Below, piece after piece: positions 19,955 to 29,580 of a stretch of DNA of 64,000 nt (the first letter of the stretch is position 1; each line of letters opens with the position of its first letter). A program made the translations under genes and the position numbers. The notes beneath the pieces are model-generated. The model saw only the letters and a list, made by a program, of their open reading frames with translations, searched no databases and was not told the DNA's origin. Where the stretch lies: IMG/VR virus record IMGVR_UViG_2832702071_000001, positions 51,936-115,935 of that record. One strand, 5' to 3'. Source of the DNA: a virus (lineage: Duplodnaviria > Caudoviricetes).

Positions 19955-20550
19955 ATTTTATTAAATAGTTAACTCCTACCATTAAAATGAAAAATGAAAT
20001 GCCATAAAAATAGAAAGCATCACTCCAGCAAATATGATCTTCACCAAAAAAATATTGATTAATCAATCTAATAGCTTTCATACTCTACACTCCTTATTAC
20101 ATGAATTGCATATAATCGTAAAATTTTTCATCGACTAAGCTCCTTATTAAATATATTTCTCCAATGCTTCACTTGGATTATCGTACTCATTTTCATCTAA
20201 GAATAGCCAGTCAGTACTTCTTTTTGAATCACGTTTTGTCGCTCTCCATTTGCCATTAATGTTTATTGCTCTATAATCTCCTACAAACCAATTATTTTTA
20301 GTTAACATTATCTCATTACCTCCATTCTAATAATTGCATTAGCTTTATTATCAAGTCTAACTGCTGCACGATATTCAAAGTTAGATAAATAAGTTCTAAC
20401 ATCCTCTGACCAGTAACCGTTATTTTTAATAATTGATACTAATTCATTAACATGTTTCTTTAATACTTTTTGTTTCATACTCCACACTCCTTTTCCAGTA
20501 AAATTTGAATTTTATGTGATTCTTCATACAATAACTTTTAACTTGATTAT

Positions 20551-20606
20551 ATTGTACTACATATAGTATATAAAATCAATACTTTTTTTATATTAAATTA
20601 TAATTA
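20551..20606 (-). promoter_or_regulatory. Repeated early sigmaA promoter unit, copy 2
   Basis: 18-bp motif, then TTGATT-17-TACAAT (minus). Confidence 0.75.
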
Positions 20607-20608
20607 AT

Positions 20609-20824
20609 TTACACTTTAATTTCTTTATTAATAATGATACAACCTTGTTTAATAAGTTTATTAACTATATCATCAATTTTTATGATTGTTTCCTGCAAGT
20701 TGCCTGTCGTGATATCTTTTACGTATCCTTTAGACCATGCCATCACACTATTATCATACCCGTATAAATCAATTATTTCTTTGCTTTCTTTATCTTGCAC
20801 TTCTATATAATATTTTAATTTCAT
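20609..20824 (-). CDS. Hypothetical protein
   Basis: AAGGAG SD. Confidence 0.6.
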   Translation of the reverse strand: MKLKYYIEVQDKESKEIIDLYGYDNSVMAWSKGYVKDITTGNLQETIIKIDDIVNKLIKQGCIIINKEIKV

Positions 20825-20855
20825 ATCGCATATACTCCTTTATAATTTTTCAATA

Positions 20856-21056
20856 CTAACAATAAGTAATACATATTTCTTCATAGTCATTCAATGCCTC
20901 CATATACGTAGAACATTGGCTATATTCTACGTGGTGACCTTCACAATGTATATAATAAGCAACCTTATAAATAGTATCACTTAATTTTAGTATTTTTACT
21001 GTAAGTCCATCTTCATAATATCCATCTTTAAGTACAGTTAACTTTATTGTTTCCAC
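20856..21056 (-). CDS. Hypothetical protein
   Basis: GGAGG SD, GTG start. Confidence 0.6.
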   Translation of the reverse strand: METIKLTVLKDGYYEDGLTVKILKLSDTIYKVAYYIHCEGHHVEYSQCSTYMEALNDYEEICITYC

Positions 21057-21075
21057 AATTAAAACCTCCTAAAAT

Positions 21076-21348
21076 TTAATAGCTTAACGAGTGAGCATAT
21101 CTATATGCTTTATTTATCTCTTTTTCTGCAATATCATTAAATTTTTTATTGTTTACCATATCTTTAATATTTAAAAAAGCACTATGGCTATCGGTTGCTA
21201 TATCATAAGCGTTTATAAAGTTAGTTTGACCGTAAACCTTTCTAACCTTCTCTAATAGTCTATTTAATAATCTTTGTTCGCTATTATTCATTTTTATTTC
21301 TCCTTTATAATTCAATAAATTGATCAGATCTATGTTGCTTATATTCAA
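21076..21348 (-). CDS. Hypothetical protein (start likely at internal MNNSEQ)
   Basis: AAGGAG before the internal ATG. Confidence 0.55.
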   Translation of the reverse strand: MNISNIDLINLLNYKGEIKMNNSEQRLLNRLLEKVRKVYGQTNFINAYDIATDSHSAFLNIKDMVNNKKFNDIAEKEINKAYRYAHSLSY

Positions 21349-21568
21349 CAGTTGAAATATGTGTTTTAAAAAAACTATCGTATTTATCTAGTGTGACTTT
21401 TAACATTCCATTTTCATTAGTGTGCTTACAATGTGCTACATAAAAACGTGACATTCCTTCATTATGTGTCAACTTAATATCAGAAAACGAGTCACTATAT
21501 TGTTTCTGTAAAGCTTTTAACATTGTATTTTTATCTCTATGCGTATGATATAATGCCATCTTATACAC
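21305..21568 (-). CDS. Hypothetical protein
   Basis: AAGGAG SD. Confidence 0.6.
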   Translation of the reverse strand: MYKMALYHTHRDKNTMLKALQKQYSDSFSDIKLTHNEGMSRFYVAHCKHTNENGMLKVTLDKYDSFFKTHISTVEYKQHRSDQFIEL

Positions 21569-21725
21569 TCCTTATATTTTAATTAATTAGATATATTTTT
21601 CATAAAAATCTATAGCGCAATTTAATTTACTATTGTATGTTTTTATATCGTTAAACGCTTGTAATGTAAGATCACCTTAGTTAGTATATAGTGTAAAGTA
21701 TAAAATGATATTAAATTATAATTAA

Positions 21726-21992
21726 TTATAATATAGTAACTTTTACTTTACCATTATAATGTGATAATGCTACAGATAACGTATGTTTATCTTGATAGTA
21801 TAGATCAATATATATCTTATTGTTTTTCATTTTTATTTTGCTATCATCAAATAGTAGCCGCTTTTTAACATAGTTAATAAATACTTCTACAACGTCCATT
21901 TTTCTATTAGTATTGTAATTAAATTCAAAGCTTAATTGTTTTGTCTCCATACTTACCACCTTTTTTAGATCGTTTCTGCATAAGCAAGCCAT
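21726..21992 (-). CDS. Hypothetical protein (start likely at METKQ)
   Basis: AGGTGG SD before the internal ATG. Confidence 0.55.
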   Translation of the reverse strand: MACLCRNDLKKVVSMETKQLSFEFNYNTNRKMDVVEVFINYVKKRLLFDDSKIKMKNNKIYIDLYYQDKHTLSVALSHYNGKVKVTIL

Positions 21993-22306
21993 TTATAATC
22001 GTTATTGCTTTCTAGGTTAACAACATCAATATCATTTTCAGTTCCGTTCCATTCTAATGTAATCGTATCACCTATACTAACATTTGCATATGGTACTTCA
22101 TCACGATATAATAATATTTTCTGACCATCTTGTGTTTTGTTTATTGCTAAGCCATAAATTTTATTATCTTGTATATCGGTTATAACGTATTGATATTGTT
22201 GATTATTATTTACATTGCTTAATTGAACAACTTGTGGTGATTGTGACTGACAACCTGCTACAATAGATAATATTGATAAAGATAAGATAATAATAATTTT
22301 ATTCAT
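21965..22306 (-). CDS. Lipoprotein
   Basis: Signal peptide with lipobox IVAGC; AGGAG SD. Confidence 0.75.
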   Translation of the reverse strand: MNKIIIILSLSILSIVAGCQSQSPQVVQLSNVNNNQQYQYVITDIQDNKIYGLAINKTQDGQKILLYRDEVPYANVSIGDTITLEWNGTENDIDVVNLESNNDYKWLAYAETI

Positions 22307-22620
22307 AATTCTTCATCTCCTTTTTTTTTAATTGTTATGTTTAACTCACTTATTATTATATACTACTCGTATTTATTATTTTATAAATAATATTCGTTTA
22401 AATCATAGCCCATTTTGGTTAACCATTTTTCTATACGCTCAAATTTTGTAACTTTAATAATTTGCTCTATATCGTCTATGCTTTTACCCATTGCATTTTG
22501 ATCTTCAATAAACACATTTAACACATAGTCCTTGTAACTCATTTCTATACACTCCTTTAATAGTTAATATTTGAATTTTATAAACTGATTTCTTGATGTA
22601 ATAACTTTTAACTTAACTCT

Positions 22621-22675
22621 ATTTTATACTATGTTAAGTATATAGTCAATACTTTTTTATATTAAATTATAATTA
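22621..22675 (-). promoter_or_regulatory. Repeated early sigmaA promoter unit, copy 3
   Basis: 18-bp motif, then TTGACT-17-TAAAAT (minus). Confidence 0.75.
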
Positions 22676-23274
22676 ATTTATCGTTAACTACCATATATAT
22701 ATTTAATAGTAGCTTCTGGATAACGTTTATAAAAACGTCGCTTTACTTCTTTAATATATCCTGTTTCAAAAAATGTAACTTCTTCACCATTCATATCACC
22801 AATCACCATGAAATTATACATAATATTATCTCTCCTTTATTTAATCTATATATAATATAACATAATCATTATACTATTACAACAATAAATTAATATTAAA
22901 TTATAATTATATTTTACTTTATTATATATAATAGGTGCAAACATGATGATAATATAGATGATTATATTAATTTGTACTGTCTATGTGTCGTGGACATTTA
23001 TATAATCTTGTCCATATTTGTCCATATAAGATATACAATAAAAATCGCCTGTTACAATAGCGAAAATTTACCTAAAGTTATGACACAAGAGCCATATATA
23101 ACATGTGATCATACCTATTCTCATCATGTAATTAGATAGTAGATGATCTCTTTTTTATTACATAATAACCATAATATTATCTGTTATATAAGTGTGTAGT
23201 GATAACCAATATTATCATTACACAATATAACACTGATACATCAACATTTATAAGGTGGGGGGCTACTAAAAAAC

Positions 23275-23303
23275 TTGACAATTTTACATACCCCAGCTAT
23301 AAT
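23275..23303 (+). promoter_or_regulatory. Consensus sigmaA promoter with no downstream ORF
   Basis: TTGACA-17 bp-TATAAT. Confidence 0.7.
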
Positions 23304-23801
23304 GATTGAACACTTCAATCTCCACACATACCTAATTTTTCATCATATTTTCCATAAATTTTACCTTATCAATTTTATATAATTTTATCTATATTTACCC
23401 TATTTTTTGTATCGGAATTGGTCTCGGAAGAGTATCGGATAATCCTTGTCATATCAACTTTTATAGCCATTTTACCTTCATCATATTTTCCCTTATTTCT
23501 ACTAAATTGTACATAAAAACAGCTATAAACACCGTTATATCAACATTTGTACGATAAAAATGTACCGATACCCATATTTACCCCTATATATACCCTTAAA
23601 ATTAACCGTATTTGTTGATGTGATAGGCTTTTTACGATAGGAAGCTCTATCGAACGATTTTACACTCACACATTCAGGAATTAAAAATTAATACTATTCG
23701 GACAAAAGTGGTTTTTACTTTTGTGCGTTTTGTATGTTTCTCGTGGTTTTTGCGAAAACATGCAAAGGGCTTCTGACTTTGACTTTAATAATTATCATAA
23801 T

Positions 23802-23829
23802 AAAAAACGACCCTTGAATTAGGATCGTA
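23802..23829 (-). terminator. Probable intrinsic terminator
   Basis: ACGACCCT/AGGATCGT hairpin with an adjacent A6 (U-tract on minus). Confidence 0.6.
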
Positions 23830-23996
23830 TATGCATACAAATATCTTTAGTAAATTCTCTATATTCTCTTTTAAGAGATAGGGCTATCAAGTACCGTCAT
23901 ATCAACATTTTCAAAAAGTTTTAGTAAGTCCAATTTACTAAAATGGATTTTAGGCTAATATTTTACGTATATTTATGTATAATTATTGCATATTTA

Positions 23997-25208
23997 TTAA
24001 TTAATATTATCATCTAACCAATCATAAAATAATTTTCTCATTCTAAAAGATGGTATGTAAATGTTAATATTGCCATCATCTCTTACCTTGGATCTCCATA
24101 TCCATTGTATTAATTCTGAAATAGCAAACATGTCTTCATCAACATCGACCTTTTGTGAGTGAAAGAATCCCTTAATAACAGGATTGATATATCTATTTAC
24201 AGTATAAGCTAAGCATGATCTATCTTTGTATTGGTTAGTGGCTCTAATATTCATGGAAATAAACGACCTAGAATATCCTCTACCTTTAATTTTATTCTTA
24301 TAACCTTTGAATGTAGTCCATATGATATCTCCTGATTTAGCCTTAACAATATTTTTAAAGTAATTTTCAGTGTTGTTCTTTAATACAGCCAATGATTCTT
24401 TTCTTTTACTATACCATGATTTAGATAATGAATACTCACTATCACCTATTTTATTTAACTTTCCTTCGTACACATCAATTAGTTGTTTAAGTTTATCTTT
24501 TATTTCTTTATTGTTTGGTTTACCTAATTGTAGCTTAAACTTATCTTTATCTTTAATTACATAATAATATTCGTATTCCATATTGTTTAAGTCATAGTAA
24601 TATTTTTGTATTTGTGCATCAAATAAGTAAGTTAGATTATATACTTCTTTAAATGCTTGAAATACTTTTACAGGAAAAGTCCACATAAACATATTATCTT
24701 TGTACATATATAATCCACTGTTTCTACACAAATCTTTAACATAGTCATACTGAGTTGATTTATCTTCCATATCCTCATTCCATGTAATAAGACCCGTATC
24801 TTTATCTACTTTAACAAAGTCTAGTTTAATAAGTGATTCTAAATCATGTTCTTTCATATCAACTTGTTCAACAACATCCATAACCTCATCTAATATAAGT
24901 ATATAGTTATTAGAATATATTAATTCCATTGTCTCCTCATTTGATCTAGAGAATAGTGAATGTGTAGATACAATATTTTTATTTTGTCTTAGCAGTTCAT
25001 GAAAGGCATCTTGTTTAAATAACAATTGACCATCATTCATGTGTACTTTTGGTTCATAGAATGTTTTCTTTGTTTCCTTCTTTACTCTTTGTACCTCCTC
25101 TAAATAAGGTGTAATATAAATATAGCTATGTTCATCATCGTCATTCATCATCTGAATAGACATAGATGTTTTACCACTACCCATAATACTGTCTACAATT
25201 TTTATCAA
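23997..25208 (-). CDS. P-loop NTPase, SF2-helicase-like (YonV-like)
   Basis: DSIMGSGKT Walker A, LILDE Walker B, QWIWRS motif. Confidence 0.75.
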   Translation of the reverse strand: MIKIVDSIMGSGKTSMSIQMMNDDDEHSYIYITPYLEEVQRVKKETKKTFYEPKVHMNDGQLLFKQDAFHELLRQNKNIVSTHSLFSRSNEETMELIYSNNYILILDEVMDVVEQVDMKEHDLESLIKLDFVKVDKDTGLITWNEDMEDKSTQYDYVKDLCRNSGLYMYKDNMFMWTFPVKVFQAFKEVYNLTYLFDAQIQKYYYDLNNMEYEYYYVIKDKDKFKLQLGKPNNKEIKDKLKQLIDVYEGKLNKIGDSEYSLSKSWYSKRKESLAVLKNNTENYFKNIVKAKSGDIIWTTFKGYKNKIKGRGYSRSFISMNIRATNQYKDRSCLAYTVNRYINPVIKGFFHSQKVDVDEDMFAISELIQWIWRSKVRDDGNINIYIPSFRMRKLFYDWLDDNIN

Positions 25209-25279
25209 TAACTATCTCTCCTTTCATTTATATTTTTATATTAAATTATAATTATAAGTAAGTCAAGAAAGGATATCCC

Positions 25280-26317
25280 TTATTTTAGATATCCTAATTC
25301 TTTTGCTTTATTGATTATGTCATATTTCAATCCACGTTCTAATTGATCAAATACATCATTCCACTGATCTTTGTTTAATTCAATTTTTGTATGATCTAAT
25401 TCTTCACCCATGTATAATGTTGGCTGCGTCCCCATACTTTCTCTTTGTTTAATATAATTGTAAGTTGTTTCAATATGTTCATGACCAAGATGTTCTTTTG
25501 CTACGATGATGTTATTACCTGATGCTTTGTATGCTTCCCAGCCACTTGTACCCCTAATACTATGGAATGCGATTTTTCTATCCTCAGGTACTTCGAATAC
25601 TTCTTTTAACATATTTAGTGTTCTATCTATTGTCATGTAAGACATTTTGAGGATACTTTCACTTTGATTGTTTGTTTCTTTCATGTTTAACAATAACTCT
25701 GCATCTTCATCCTTCAATGATATTTTTATCTTTTTGCCTTTTAGTCTTGAAGTTAATACCCAAGTATCATCTTCTCTTTTAAGATCTTTATATTTCAAAT
25801 TAACTAGAGCTTGTTTTCTCAATCCTGTCATCCTAGCTAAGTGAAGCATAATAGCCTTGTTGTCTCCATTAGCAATATTATTAGATGGATCTTTTAAATA
25901 ATTCATCCACACTGTTATCTCATCCCATGATAAATATCCATATGATTCACTGTCTGTTTCTTTTAGTTTTTTCATCTTAAGTTCGTTATGATCAATATTA
26001 TATATATGAGATCCCTCAAATTTGATTTTGCTCAAGTGAACAAAAAATGAATATATCCCACTCATTTTTGCATTAACAGTTTTTGCTGCACTTTTTCTTC
26101 TAATTTTTTCTCTATACTTTTTAACATCAATATAACTAATATCATTAATATCTTTTACACTTAAATGGTGTATTTCTTTATCTGGGTGTTTCCATTCTAA
26201 AAAATCTTTTATACTTCTATTGTAAAGTCGTTTTGTATTCTCTGATTCTAAGCCATCTGTGAATGATTGAATGTCGTCATAGACATAATGATCTTTGATT
26301 TTTAATACGCTATTCAT
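25280..26317 (-). CDS. Tyrosine recombinase with a complete catalytic set
   Basis: TGLRK, FHSIR, HLGH, TTYNY. Confidence 0.92.
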   Translation of the reverse strand: MNSVLKIKDHYVYDDIQSFTDGLESENTKRLYNRSIKDFLEWKHPDKEIHHLSVKDINDISYIDVKKYREKIRRKSAAKTVNAKMSGIYSFFVHLSKIKFEGSHIYNIDHNELKMKKLKETDSESYGYLSWDEITVWMNYLKDPSNNIANGDNKAIMLHLARMTGLRKQALVNLKYKDLKREDDTWVLTSRLKGKKIKISLKDEDAELLLNMKETNNQSESILKMSYMTIDRTLNMLKEVFEVPEDRKIAFHSIRGTSGWEAYKASGNNIIVAKEHLGHEHIETTYNYIKQRESMGTQPTLYMGEELDHTKIELNKDQWNDVFDQLERGLKYDIINKAKELGYLK

Positions 26318-26580
26318 TTCAATTCTCCTTTGGTTTATTTTTGTTAGGATAATTTAATTATAACACCATTAAATAAAAAGTCAATAAGTAATTATAATTT
26401 AATATATTTAATTATTTCTGATTCTTTCATATAGAGGTTTTATCTATTTTACTTACAAGAACCCTAGCGACAAATAAAAACATCTCACAGAAAGCCTCAT
26501 TTATTCTGAGGGGCATTCCAAACATTCTATGCTAATTCTTAGGTTTATATAATTAATTATAATTTAATATAGATAAAGGG

Positions 26581-26609
26581 TTGACATATTTTGAACTACC
26601 CATTACAAT
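26581..26609 (+). promoter_or_regulatory. sigmaA promoter of the yonO operon, flanked by 18-bp motifs
   Basis: TTGACA-17-TACAAT; motif copies at 26554-26571 and 26622-26639. Confidence 0.8.
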
Positions 26610-26665
26610 GAAGTTAAGATTTAATTATAATTTAATATAAATGTTGAAATGGAGGTAATATAGAA

Positions 26666-26827
26666 TTGAAATTTAAAGACCCACAAGACGAGATCAATCA
26701 GAGACTAGAAAGCTTCATTACCGATGCAGGTGTTAGAACAAGTGGTATTTGTTTTTACATAGATGAGGAAGAATGGCTATATTCTATTGATCTTTACGAC
26801 TACATAACTGCAAATGAAAATGACTAA
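26666..26827 (+). CDS. Small acidic protein upstream of yonO (53 aa, not in ORF track)
   Basis: GGAGGT SD, TTG start, MKFKDPQDEINQRLESFITDAG... Confidence 0.65.
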   Translation: MKFKDPQDEINQRLESFITDAGVRTSGICFYIDEEEWLYSIDLYDYITANEND

Positions 26828-26844
26828 GCTGGGAGGATTGATTT

Positions 26845-29373
26845 TTGGTAAAATACCTACAAAACCAAATACATATGTATTCTTTGGATACAGCGTGCTT
26901 TTATAATCAGAGTGAAAAATCCGTAAGTGACAGAATATTTAAGTGTAGAATACATAAAAAAAACGTGGCAAACAATAGCAATCTGAGTGACAAAAGGATT
27001 AACGACCACATTCACTACATAAATAAAAGAATTGAAAAATTAAAAAATATATTAAATGATACATTGAATCGAAATAAAGATACAAGAGTTTTAGACCCAT
27101 CATCATTAAAAGACACAAGGCTTATATCTGTTTTTGAATCAAATCTAACTAGAACACTTGATATAAAAATTGATGATATAACTGAGGAACTGTTTGTTGT
27201 AAGAGTTTATTATTTTCAAGTTTTGTATGATCTTATTAAAAATGGTTTTTATTATAACGGCGAAAAATACATATATTTTAGCTCTTCTGCTGGTCAAATA
27301 CGCACAAAGAAAGGTGTATGGATTAAAGAATCTTCTTGGTTAAAACATCAGAAATCTTTAACATGTGGTTTAACTGTAGATGAGATAAACAAAAAAGGCG
27401 GAAGCAATATCAATAAATATTTAGCGTATATTGCTTTAACAAATAGTGCATCACAAAGAATGAAAAACTTTGATATTAATAAAACAATAGTTGTCAACGA
27501 CTTAGAAACCAATGTAAATGAGTACGTTGATTATATTGACCGTGATACATATGAAATAACTAGAACTAAAATGGATATTCCTATCGAACACACTGACGGT
27601 GTGGGGATGATACTCCCCTCCCTTTCTAATAAATCTTTTATGGTGAGGCTACCTTTTGTGAAAGGATTGCTTGTTCCCTTTGACTTTAGAAAGTTTATTA
27701 AAGAAAAGAATGGATCACCTATAGTTGAAGATATTTATGGGAATAAGATTGATGTTATTAAAGAGGATATCCAGATAATCTTTACAAAATCTCAATTTAA
27801 AATGCACAAATATTATGATGGATGGGGAGATTATAAAGAAAGATTTAAAAAATATAATTGCCAAGCGTCTATGTTGAATGAAGAGGAAGATTACTTTAGC
27901 GAAGCCAAGCTAAATTATCAGATGTTACAAACACTGACATCTATAACAGATGAAGAACTAGAAGAAATTTGTGAATCAACCAATAATGACATTAGAGAAA
28001 TTGGCTCAGACAAAGAAACAATGCTGCGTGTATTGGGGGCAACAAAAGAAAATTCACGAAAGAATTATTTTCAAGAAGCTTTATTAATCTATCCTGAACT
28101 ATTAAACGATACGCATGCACGTAAAGTTATAAAAGATGTTAAGAAGAGTCTTGTTAAACACGCTAAAGCTGGAAGAATAAACGTTGACTCTAAGTATTCT
28201 TTTGTTTCACCCGATTTTTATGCGTTTTGTGAATATTTATTTCTAGGCAATGAGAACCCATCAGGATTACTTAGGAATGGACAAATTTATTTTAATCAAT
28301 ATGATACGGGCGATATAGATTTGCTGAGATCACCCCACTTATACAGGGAACATGCTGTAAGAAACAATGTAACATCAAGTGAAATGAATAAATGGTTTGT
28401 TACAAGTAATATCTATGTCAGTGTACACGATGCGATAAGCAAGATACTCCAATTGGATTGGGATGGTGATAAATTACTCGCAGTTAATGACCAAACAATA
28501 ATCAACGTTGCGAAAAGAGATATGGAGGATATTGTACCACTTTATTATAAAATGGAGAAAGCTCCTCCGAGTGAGATTTGCTATGAAAACATTTATAATA
28601 GCCTGATCCTTGCTTTCAAAGCAAATATCGGTGTGGTATCAAATGACATAACAAAAATTTGGAACTCTGGAAAGGTCGATCTTGATGTAATTAAGTGGAA
28701 AACGATGGAGAATAATTTTATTATCGACTATGCTAAAACATTATTTATGCCAACTAGACCAAATGATGTTGATAAAAAAATTAAAGATTATTCTAATGTT
28801 AAGCTCCCCCACTTTTTCATACATGCGAAAGATAAAGATAAAGCTAATGTCAATGAAGTTAATAACAGTGTCGTGAACAGACTAGATTACATAATTGAAA
28901 ATAAACCAATCCAGTTTAGAGTTGTTGCTGGCAGCTTTAATTATTGGAATTTAACAAGTAAGAAAAAAAGAGATTTAGATGGTCATATTATAGGTGAATA
29001 TGAAAAAATTATGTTTTCTAAAAAATCCATCATATCTAATATGCTCAGTGACAACATGGAAGAAAGAATTGTTTACTTTAACAACTATTTAAGGCAGAGA
29101 CTTTTAGATATCAACCCAAACATAAATGATGTTGTAGACTCTTTAGTTCATTATCTCTACAAAACGACAAAATACAGAATGAGGTCACAACTTTGGGATT
29201 CATTCGGTGATATTTTGGTAAAGAATCTTTCGATTAATTTAAAAAATACAAAACAATGTGAAGAATGTGGTGCTAGGTTTAAGTATAGTAATAATAAAGC
29301 TAAATATTGTCCAAAATGCGCAAAAAAAATTAAGAACGAGCAAAACAAACGCTATTACTATTTAGGAAAATAG
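26845..29373 (+). CDS. yonO: YonO-type single-subunit DNA-dependent RNA polymerase
   Basis: SSAGQIRTKK, HTDGVGMILP, LLRSPHLYREH, catalytic DWDGD, C-terminal CxxC-CxxC. Confidence 0.93.
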   Translation: MVKYLQNQIHMYSLDTACFYNQSEKSVSDRIFKCRIHKKNVANNSNLSDKRINDHIHYINKRIEKLKNILNDTLNRNKDTRVLDPSSLKDTRLISVFESNLTRTLDIKIDDITEELFVVRVYYFQVLYDLIKNGFYYNGEKYIYFSSSAGQIRTKKGVWIKESSWLKHQKSLTCGLTVDEINKKGGSNINKYLAYIALTNSASQRMKNFDINKTIVVNDLETNVNEYVDYIDRDTYEITRTKMDIPIEHTDGVGMILPSLSNKSFMVRLPFVKGLLVPFDFRKFIKEKNGSPIVEDIYGNKIDVIKEDIQIIFTKSQFKMHKYYDGWGDYKERFKKYNCQASMLNEEEDYFSEAKLNYQMLQTLTSITDEELEEICESTNNDIREIGSDKETMLRVLGATKENSRKNYFQEALLIYPELLNDTHARKVIKDVKKSLVKHAKAGRINVDSKYSFVSPDFYAFCEYLFLGNENPSGLLRNGQIYFNQYDTGDIDLLRSPHLYREHAVRNNVTSSEMNKWFVTSNIYVSVHDAISKILQLDWDGDKLLAVNDQTIINVAKRDMEDIVPLYYKMEKAPPSEICYENIYNSLILAFKANIGVVSNDITKIWNSGKVDLDVIKWKTMENNFIIDYAKTLFMPTRPNDVDKKIKDYSNVKLPHFFIHAKDKDKANVNEVNNSVVNRLDYIIENKPIQFRVVAGSFNYWNLTSKKKRDLDGHIIGEYEKIMFSKKSIISNMLSDNMEERIVYFNNYLRQRLLDINPNINDVVDSLVHYLYKTTKYRMRSQLWDSFGDILVKNLSINLKNTKQCEECGARFKYSNNKAKYCPKCAKKIKNEQNKRYYYLGK

Positions 29374-29383
29374 AAAATCTTGA

Positions 29384-29479
29384 ATCCCTTGTGCCCCAAC
29401 GGATTTGAGCGTTTTTCGGAAAATCAATAAATTTTAAAAACGATGTATCCCTTGTGTCCCAACGGATTTGAGCGTTTTT
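29384..29479. repeat. Two 33-bp direct repeats 30 bp apart
   Basis: ATCCCTTGTG(C/T)CCCAACGGATTTGAGCGTTTTT at 29384-29416 and 29447-29479. Confidence 0.9.
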
Positions 29480-29580
29480 TAAGTTAAATTCTCAATGATG
29501 CACTATAGGAAAGACAGAATAAAATAGCTCTTTTATTTTTTTCAATAATTATAATTTAATATAAATATATAAAATTAACT

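Larger units (their letters stand above)
23231..23910. repeat. Dispersed ~19-bp repeats (core G-N2-A-Y-ATCAAC) in a long non-coding region
   Basis: Copies at 23231, 23444, 23530, 23892 and inverted at 23611. Confidence 0.65.

Noticed and set aside
19941-20081. Type I toxin (46-aa hydrophobic minus-strand ORF MKAIRLINQYFFG...)
   Set aside because: A plausible small membrane peptide, but no recognisable toxin family; the plus-strand reading of the 19897 palindromic promoter is the only, untested, hint of an antisense RNA
29384-29479. Mini CRISPR array (33-bp repeats, 30-bp spacer)
   Set aside because: Only two repeats, no cas genes in the window, a low-complexity spacer and no typical repeat terminus; kept as a plain direct repeat
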